DNA of 64,000 nucleotides from an uncultured Chloroflexia bacterium (GTDB lineage Bacteria; Chloroflexota; Limnocylindria; QHBO01): NCBI GenBank assembly GCA_963773695.1, contig CAVZCE010000015.1, positions 46,744 to 110,743 of the forward strand, read 5' to 3'. Shown piece by piece: positions 57,978 to 64,000 of this stretch (position 1 is its first letter; each line of letters starts with the position of its first letter). The notes under the pieces were generated by a model. It saw only the letters and a program-made list of their open reading frames with translations, ran no database searches and was not told where the DNA came from. The position numbers and the translations under genes were made by a program.

Positions 57978-58934
57978 TCAGAGGCGATCTCCGGGCGACA
58001 ACTGGCGGTATGCGGCGCGAGCGCGCTCATCGGCGGTGCTCGCCGCGTAGCGGGCCAGCATCTCGCGGCTGCGCCACCCGGCCAGGCGCATGACGTCGCC
58101 CTCCTGCATGCCGGCCTCCAGCATCGAGTGGGCCCAAGTGTGACGGAAGGCGTGGGCGAACAGCTGCGGGACCCCGGCCTGCTCGCCGCGGCGGCGAAGG
58201 GCCTGCAGCAGCCCGTTCTCGCTCAGCGGGCCGCGCCGTCCCAGCCACAGCTGGGGCAGGTGGGCGTAGGGGTGGGTGTAGCGGGCGCGCAGGTAGCGGC
58301 CCAGGGCCTGGGCGGTCTTGACCCCGTACGGGCAGGCCCGCACCCGGTTGCCCTTGCCGGTGACCACGGCCAAATTGGCATCGAGGTCGACGTCGCCTTG
58401 CACCTCGCCGCCGGGCAGCAACCGTGCCTGCAGCCCGGCGCACTCAGCGCGGCGCATGCCGGTGTCGAGCAGGAGGCGGATGAGCGCGGTATCGCGCAGC
58501 TCCTCGAAGCCGGCGCCGCGGCAGGCGCGCAGCAGGGCCCGCAGCTGGTCTGGGGTCAAGACCGGCACCGGCTTGGCCTGGGGGCGGGGAGCGGGGATGG
58601 TCGCCAGCGGGTTGGCGGCCAGCAGGCCCTCGCCCAGCGCCCAGCGGCAGAAGGCCTTGAGGCCGTTGTAGCGGTTGAAGCGGGTCCCGTCGCTGTTGCC
58701 GGCCTCGGCCAGGGCGATGAGCCAGTCGCGAACCAAGTCGGTGTCCACGGCCGCCACCGAAGCTACGCCCCGGCCTTCGGCGAAGCGGGTGAAGCGGGCC
58801 AGCGCCTCGAGGTAGGTCTCCACGGTGCGCGGGCTCTTGCTGGCGGCGCGCAGGTCCCGGGCGAAGTGCCCGGCGGCGGCGCGTAGCGTAAACTGCGGGC
58901 TGAGTCGCTGGCTGGCCAACGGCGAAGACCTCAT
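57978..58934 (-). CDS. Tyrosine-type site-specific integrase (island integrase)
   Basis: 318 aa; N-terminal SAM-like core-binding domain; catalytic R…HxxR…Y (…[16 protein letters not shown]…LARY); lies immediately beside the tRNA-Pro attachment site. Confidence 0.85.
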   Translation of the reverse strand: MRSSPLASQRLSPQFTLRAAAGHFARDLRAASKSPRTVETYLEALARFTRFAEGRGVASVAAVDTDLVRDWLIALAEAGNSDGTRFNRYNGLKAFCRWALGEGLLAANPLATIPAPRPQAKPVPVLTPDQLRALLRACRGAGFEELRDTALIRLLLDTGMRRAECAGLQARLLPGGEVQGDVDLDANLAVVTGKGNRVRACPYGVKTAQALGRYLRARYTHPYAHLPQLWLGRRGPLSENGLLQALRRRGEQAGVPQLFAHAFRHTWAHSMLEAGMQEGDVMRLAGWRSREMLARYAASTADERARAAYRQLSPGDRL

Positions 58935-59036
58935 GAAAGCGGCATGCGGAAGGACCGAATCATGATGTGTAGCGACGCTGTAGTCAACTTGCAGCTTGGC
59001 TCAGAAGCGGTTTAGGCGCTGGATCTGAGCACGAAA

Positions 59037-59080
59037 CGGTCGGGGCGTAGCGCAGTCTGGTAGCGCACCTGAATGGGGTT
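59037..59080 (+). repeat. attR-side 44 bp direct repeat (5' half of the functional tRNA-Pro), identical to 44206-44249
   Basis: Exact 44/44 identity by eye; island length between the repeats is about 14.8 kb. Confidence 0.8.
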
Positions 59081-59117
59081 CAGGAGGTCGAAGGTTCGAA
59101 TCCTTTCGCCCCGACCA
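59041..59117 (+). tRNA. tRNA-Pro (anticodon GGG), CCA encoded
   Basis: Cloverleaf read by hand: acceptor CGGGGCG/CGCCCCG, D-stem GCGC/GCGC, anticodon stem CCTGA/TCAGG with loop AUGGGGU (U33, GGG, G37), T-arm GAAGG-TTCGAAT-CCTTT, discriminator A, CCA. Confidence 0.9.
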
Positions 59118-59141
59118 CATACGTCCGTAGTCCGGTGCGCG

Positions 59142-59661
59142 TCATCCCCGCGGGAGGGGTTCTACACGCTGGCTCGGTCCGGGGGCCTCCTCCAGCACGA
59201 CCACCGGGATCTCGCGTCGGGTCCTCCGCTCGTAGAGCGCGAAGAGCGGGTGCATCTCCTTCATCCGCGCCCAGAGCCGCTCGCGCTCCTCGCCGCGTGC
59301 CTCCCGGGCACGGCCGGACAAACCGTCTCGCGCCGACCTGCACCGCCACGTTCGGATCGGCGCGCAGGTTCCCGACCCAGGCCGGGTCGAGCTCCCCGGC
59401 GTTGTTCGTTCCGGCGACGGCCAGCTGGTCTCCGATGCGGAAGTACATGAGCGGCACGGTGCGCGCGGCGCCCGACCGGCGTCCGCGGCTGGTGAGCAGG
59501 AGCATGGGGACGGGGATGCCGGGCATGGCATGCCCGAGCCGGCCGCGCGTCAGCCGGTAGACGAAGCGGTGCGGCCCGGGCCGGGTGAACCACGGCGAGA
59601 CGGCGGCCAGGAGACGGACCCGGATACTGTCGGCATCGGCCCTTTGCCGGTCGCCGCTCAT
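59142..59661 (-). pseudogene. Deazaflavin (F420)-dependent nitroreductase family (Ddn-like) gene with a 1 nt frameshift near 59320
   Basis: The N-terminal part …LLTSRGRRSGAARTVPLMYFRIGDQLAVAGTNNAGELDPAWVGNLRADPNVAVQVGARRF and the C-terminal part …GEERERLWARMKEMHPLFALYERRTRREIPVVVLE lie in different frames. Confidence 0.5.
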
Positions 59662-60206
59662 CCGGGGATCGCCGAAGGATCCTCGCGACGGAGGAGGATT
59701 CCCAGGTAACCCTTCCAGGGGCCGACCTCCGCGTCGCGGCTCCCCGCCAGGCCCGCGTAGACCTGGCTCACGTGGTCGAGGTCGTGGACGGTCCACGCGG
59801 CGAGCAGGTGGCGCAGGGTGACCTCACCCAGCGAGGGGTGCAGGCCGCGCCGGTCCAGGTCCGCCTCGCTCACCACGCTCCGCAGCTCCGCAAGGTTGGA
59901 CGCGCGCAGCGTTGCGAAACGCTCCACCAGCTCGTCGAGTGGAACGCCCGCGTCGCGCTCCAGCATCGCAAATCGCTCGTAGCGGTCGAAAGCCCGTGAC
60001 GTGCCGTGCTCCAGGAGCCGGTGGGTGCGGTTCATCCAGTCCGTCTGCTCGCCGGTGATCAGGTGCCCGACAACGTCCCGTGGACGCCAGCCCTCGGCGG
60101 TGTCGGGGGTCTCCGTCCAGGTCGGCGGCAGGCCGGAGAGCAGGGCGCGCAGCGCGTGCGGGGTGCGCGCCAGCAGGTCGGTGGTGTCGGCGAAGAATTC
60201 GCTCAT
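59658..60206 (-). CDS. DinB_2 / mycothiol-dependent maleylpyruvate-isomerase N-terminal-domain family protein
   Basis: 182 aa; metal-binding His pattern (…DVVGHLITGEQ…, …WTVHDLDHVSQ…); GAGGA Shine-Dalgarno. Confidence 0.55.
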   Translation of the reverse strand: MSEFFADTTDLLARTPHALRALLSGLPPTWTETPDTAEGWRPRDVVGHLITGEQTDWMNRTHRLLEHGTSRAFDRYERFAMLERDAGVPLDELVERFATLRASNLAELRSVVSEADLDRRGLHPSLGEVTLRHLLAAWTVHDLDHVSQVYAGLAGSRDAEVGPWKGYLGILLRREDPSAIPG

Positions 60207-60255
60207 CGAGTCTTCCTCATGGAACCATGATCGCACCGGAGGGTAGGATCGCCCT

Positions 60256-61245
60256 GTGGCGGACGGGAGCGCGGAGGAGCGGTGGCAGCTGGCCGTTGCC
60301 ACCCTGCGCCGCGTGATCGACGATGCGGTGCCGCTCTCCGCGGATCTGCGCCGTGGGGTCGCCGCCCAGTCCCGCGCCTACCGCGGCGGGGAGCAGCCGC
60401 CCCTCGCGACGCGCGCGGCGGTGGACGCCTACGTTGCGAGCCGCATGCCGGCCACGCTCGCCGCCACGGGCGGCGCCATGCGCGCCGCCGCCCTGGCCGT
60501 GCCGTCGTTCGCCCCCGCAACGATGCTCGACGTCGGCACCGGGACGGGCAGCGCGGCATGGGCGGCGAGCGCGGTGTGGCCCTCGCTCGAGACGATTACC
60601 GGCCTCGACCGGTCCGAGGCGATGCTGGCCGTGGGTCGGGAGCTTGCCGACCGTTCGGAGGTCCCCGTCCTCGGGGCTGCGCGGTGGGTCGCCGGCAGCG
60701 TGACGGCTGCTGCGCTGGAGCCGGCAGACCTGCTGTCGGCCGCGTACGTCCTGGGCGAGGTGAGAGAGGAGCTGCGGGCTCCCCTCGTCGCTCGTCTCTG
60801 GGAGCTGGCTCGCGGTGTCCTGCTCCTCGTGGAGCCCGGCACCCCGGCCGGCTTCGGGCGCATTCGAGCCGCCCGCGCGCAGCTCATCGCGCTGGGGGGA
60901 CACGTGGCTGCACCCTGCCCGCACGATGGCGCCTGCCCGATGGTCGATCCCGACTGGTGCCACTTCGCGGCCCGCCTGTCGCGCAGCCGCCTTCACCGGC
61001 TGGCCAAGGGCGTGGAGCTTGCCTGGGAGGACGAGCCGTACGCCTACGCGGCGGTGTCCCGGCTGGCGGTGGAGCGAGGCTCGCGCGTGCTCGCGCGGCC
61101 GGACATGCGCAAAGGCGCCATCGGGCTGCGGCTATGCACGCCCGAGGGGATCGTGGAGCAAACCGTCAGCCGGCGGGACGGGGCGCGGTACCGCGAGGCG
61201 CGGCGTCTGGCCTGGGGCGCACGGGCGGAGCGGAACGACGAATGA
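60256..61245 (+). CDS. SAM-dependent methyltransferase, Rsm22-like family
   Basis: SAM motif LDVGTGTGSAAWAA; Cys cluster CPHDGACP…C typical of Rsm22-type methyltransferases; GTG start. Confidence 0.5.
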   Translation: MADGSAEERWQLAVATLRRVIDDAVPLSADLRRGVAAQSRAYRGGEQPPLATRAAVDAYVASRMPATLAATGGAMRAAALAVPSFAPATMLDVGTGTGSAAWAASAVWPSLETITGLDRSEAMLAVGRELADRSEVPVLGAARWVAGSVTAAALEPADLLSAAYVLGEVREELRAPLVARLWELARGVLLLVEPGTPAGFGRIRAARAQLIALGGHVAAPCPHDGACPMVDPDWCHFAARLSRSRLHRLAKGVELAWEDEPYAYAAVSRLAVERGSRVLARPDMRKGAIGLRLCTPEGIVEQTVSRRDGARYREARRLAWGARAERNDE

Positions 61246-61251
61246 TCCCGG

Positions 61252-61455
61252 TCAGGCGGTTCGGTCCCGCTCCAGGCACTCTTCGCACAGGGCGTCATCC
61301 GGGATGGGCGGCGTGGGACGCCCCATCTCGCGGCCGGGACGGCCGCCACACAGGGGCAGGGCATCCTCACCCAGGATGTGCACCTTGCTGAAATGGCGGT
61401 CCGGGTAGCGCCACGTGAGGTAGCGGCGTCGGGAAGCAGTGGCAGTGTCGTTCAT
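61252..61455 (-). CDS. Hypothetical small zinc-ribbon-like protein (67 aa)
   Basis: Cys pairs …LPLCGG… and …LCEEC…. Confidence 0.25.
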   Translation of the reverse strand: MNDTATASRRRYLTWRYPDRHFSKVHILGEDALPLCGGRPGREMGRPTPPIPDDALCEECLERDRTA

Positions 61456-61629
61456 CGTGGGGCGGTCCGGCTCCTTGCTCGTGCGGCCTCAGCGACACGT
61501 CTCGCCGAGGTCCGGGGAGGGGAGTGCTCGTGCCGCCGCGTCGGGGATGCGCCTGTTGCGCTCCGACAAGGATACCACACAATTGTCGTCCCAGCCGCAC
61601 GGATTCCGCGGGTTGGCGCACGAGCCAGG

Positions 61630-63786
61630 CTACCCGTCGGACGAATCTCGCCGCCCGTGCCAGGGCGCCGGGCCGCGCTCCACGGCGAACCCGGTGGAGT
61701 TGTGGAGCACGGTCGCCCACTGCCCGGCGGCACGGAACGCCAGGCTGCCCTCACCGGCCCGGACGTTGCGCAGGGTCAGCTCGCCGAGCCAGTCCGGCAG
61801 CCGTGGGTCGAGGTAGAGGCGGGATCCCCGTCCGTCGCTGCGGGCGCGCAGCCCGCAGAGGAGCAGGACGAGGCGGAAGACCGCGCTGGCCGCCCATGCC
61901 TGAGGCACGCAGGCGCCGGGGTACGGCGCGGGCGGCGCTCCCGGCTCGCGCGGCAGGCCGGCGAAGAGCTCGGGGAGCCGGTGGTCGGGCAGGAGGGCGG
62001 CGGCGTCGAAGAGGGCCCTCGCCACCCGGTCCACGCCATCGGTCAGGCCGTATCCGGCGAAGCCGGTCGCGATGGTGGCGTTGTCGTGGGGCCAGACGCT
62101 GCCGGTGTGGTAGCTGAACGGATCGTAGGCCGGGTGCTCCGCGGAGAGGGTGCGGATGCCCCACCCCGACCACATGTCGTCGGCCAGCAGCCGGGCCGCG
62201 ACCCGGGGCGCGCGCTCTGCGGGGACGATGCCGCTCATCAGGCAGTGCCCGGCGTTCGAGGCGACGCTCCGAATGGGCCGCTTCTCGCCGTCCAGGCCCA
62301 GGACGTAGGTGCCCTCCTCCTCCCACCAGAAGGCTTCGTTGAAGCGCTGGTAGAGCGCCTCGGCGGCGTCACGCAGGCGCGCCGCATCCTCCGGTCGCTC
62401 CAGGGCGTCGTAGATCTCCGCCAGGCGCAGGCGAGCGTCGTATGCATAGCCCTGGTGCTCGCAGAGCGCGATCGGGAGGGGAGCGAGGGAGCCGTCGGCG
62501 TGCGGAATGGCGTCGTCCGCGTCCTTCCAGCCCTGGTTGGGGAAGCCGTGAGGCGAGCGCGTCGCGTACTCCAGGAATCCGTCCTGGTCACGGTCGCCGA
62601 ATCGCTCGATCCAGCGCATCGCGCGCTCGGCGGCGGGCAGGAGTCGCTCGAGGTCGGACCGCTGCCCGGTCCAGTGGTGGAGGTACGCGAGGAGGATCAC
62701 GTACAGGGGGGTCGCGTCGTGGGTGCCGTAGTAGGGCTGGAAGGGCAGGAGACCCAGCTCGGCCACCTCACCGTGGCGGACCTCGTGGGGCACCTTACCC
62801 GGCTCCATGTCGCGCTCCGCGCTGTCGCTCGTGGCCTGCAGCGATGCCAGGGCGGTCAGCGTGCCTCGCGCCAGCTCCGGATATCCCGCCAGTGCCTGCA
62901 TGGAGGTCACCGCCGAGTCGCGGCCGAAGAGGGTCATGAACCACGGGACGCCTGCCGCGGGGACCACCGCCGGAGGCGCCGACGGGAGCGCCAGGCGGAC
63001 GGCCTCCATGTCCCAGGCGGCCCGGTCCCACGCGTTCTGCACGACGAGGTTGGTCGCCTCCAGCTGCATCCCGGCCAGCGGTTGCCCGTCCGCCTCCGGG
63101 ACCTGGTCCGTCAGGGCGCCGCAGGCCGGGACCTCCTCCGTCTCGCCCGGTACGGCCAGCGGCTCCCAGGTCAGGCACGCGTGCCAGCGTGCGTGCGGGG
63201 CGAGCTCCAGCGGAAAGACAAGGCATCCGTCCCGCCACGTGCCGGGCGCGTCGGCGCGCTCGCACCGGATCCGCAGCCCGCGCTCGAAGGTTCCGTTGCG
63301 GTAGGCGAGTCTCAGCTCCTGTGGATCGTCGGACCAGGTGGCCTCGGGACGGCGCGCCGGCACCGCGACCCGCAGGCCGCGGACCTCGAACATGTCCGCG
63401 AAGTCGGCTGCCAGCCGAACGCCCAGCTCCGAGCGGACCCTGTCGCGTCCGGTGTTGAGGACGTCGATCTCCTCGTGCACGGCGCCAGCGATGCTGCGGG
63501 CCACCGTGATGACGAGAGGAGGCCGTCGCGCCGTCGACCCGTCCGGCCGGCCGAGCAGGACGTGGCGCGCGGAGTAGAAGCGGACCGCAACGTCCTGGAT
63601 CGGCTCCGCCGGCCGCCCGTCGATCTCCAGTGCGTAGGCGGAGAGGAGGCGGGTGTCGCGCACGTAGAACCCCTCTTCGCCGCCCGGCTCGATCGCGCCG
63701 CCGGTTCGCGTGATGAGGACGTGGTCGCCGCGATTGATGGTGAGCTCCCGGGTCGAGGTCGAGATGACGGAGGTCATGGATGCCAT
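61630..63786 (-). CDS. Glycogen-debranching-enzyme-like amylo-alpha-1,6-glucosidase (N-terminal GDE domain plus six-hairpin glycosidase)
   Basis: …VPWFMTLFGRDS…, …GKVPHEVRHGE…, …GFPNQGWKDADD…, …HTGSVWPHDNA… match the bacterial GDE_C family; start uncertain (ATG 63786 or 63777). Confidence 0.75.
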   Translation of the reverse strand: MASMTSVISTSTRELTINRGDHVLITRTGGAIEPGGEEGFYVRDTRLLSAYALEIDGRPAEPIQDVAVRFYSARHVLLGRPDGSTARRPPLVITVARSIAGAVHEEIDVLNTGRDRVRSELGVRLAADFADMFEVRGLRVAVPARRPEATWSDDPQELRLAYRNGTFERGLRIRCERADAPGTWRDGCLVFPLELAPHARWHACLTWEPLAVPGETEEVPACGALTDQVPEADGQPLAGMQLEATNLVVQNAWDRAAWDMEAVRLALPSAPPAVVPAAGVPWFMTLFGRDSAVTSMQALAGYPELARGTLTALASLQATSDSAERDMEPGKVPHEVRHGEVAELGLLPFQPYYGTHDATPLYVILLAYLHHWTGQRSDLERLLPAAERAMRWIERFGDRDQDGFLEYATRSPHGFPNQGWKDADDAIPHADGSLAPLPIALCEHQGYAYDARLRLAEIYDALERPEDAARLRDAAEALYQRFNEAFWWEEEGTYVLGLDGEKRPIRSVASNAGHCLMSGIVPAERAPRVAARLLADDMWSGWGIRTLSAEHPAYDPFSYHTGSVWPHDNATIATGFAGYGLTDGVDRVARALFDAAALLPDHRLPELFAGLPREPGAPPAPYPGACVPQAWAASAVFRLVLLLCGLRARSDGRGSRLYLDPRLPDWLGELTLRNVRAGEGSLAFRAAGQWATVLHNSTGFAVERGPAPWHGRRDSSDG

Positions 63787-63902
63787 CTTCGCCGGGAGCG
63801 GCAAGTCCTGCTGGCGGACTGCCGGCGCCTGCTGCTGCCGCCGGCCATGGGCCGGGCCGGGCACGGGCGTCCGGCAGCATCGCCATGGGCTAGGCTACCG
63901 CC

Positions 63903-64000
63903 ATGAATCGGGTCATCCAGATCGCCATCAACGCGATCGCCCTGTACGTCGCCGTCATCGTCCTGCGGCCGGGGCTCCAGTTCGTGGGCGAGTGGTGGAA
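63903..64000 (+). CDS. 5' end of a DUF360/phage-holin-IV-like small membrane protein gene (continues beyond the window)
   Basis: MNRVIQIAINAIALYVAVIVLRPGLQFVGEWW…. Confidence 0.35.
   Translation, partial: MNRVIQIAINAIALYVAVIVLRPGLQFVGEWW

Overview
Gene order and content suggest a high-GC actinobacterial-type chromosome, with no database search run; the window is a core segment interrupted by a roughly 14.8 kb genomic island (about 44250-59036) inserted into a tRNA-Pro(GGG) gene.

The core has two parts:
- 1-44200 reads rel, hisS, aspS, alaS, ruvX, mltG, efp, xseAB, dxs, tlyA, nadK, recN, xerD, scpAB, rluB-cmk, plsC, ispH, der, gpsA and queG. The gene order tlyA-nadK-recN...xerD...scpA-scpB-rluB-cmk-der and alaS-ruvX-mltG matches the Mycobacterium/actinobacterial pattern.
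- About 59040-64000 holds the intact tRNA-Pro and a few downstream genes.

The island is bounded by a 44 bp perfect direct repeat, which is the 5' half of the tRNA up to the anticodon loop, present at 44206-44249 and again at 59037-59080. A tyrosine integrase sits next to the rebuilt tRNA. The island carries:
- A very large Sec-secreted Rhs/YD-repeat polymorphic-toxin locus. It has a near-identical 627 bp internal tandem duplication, a decayed PD40-like repeat block and an RHS core that ends in an unrecognised glycine-rich C-terminal tip, followed immediately by a small two-helix membrane gene (a presumed immunity protein). A second, displaced RHS-core and C-terminal-tip cassette lies downstream.
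- A pseudogenised replication-relaxation gene.
- An IS256-family insertion sequence whose transposase gene is split by a group II intron. The intron boundaries (GUGCG...AC) and a textbook domain V can be read directly from the sequence.
- A small winged-helix regulator and 11 bp tandem repeats beside the integrase.

Several island genes carry single-base frameshifts. These could be real decay or assembly error in repeats.

Secondary observations in the core: an rluB-cmk in-frame fusion, an FtsA-like ATPase paired with a large membrane protein, an orphan EctC-like cupin, and a small His-rich peptide.

All calls come from reading the translations and the sequence by eye. No database searches were run.
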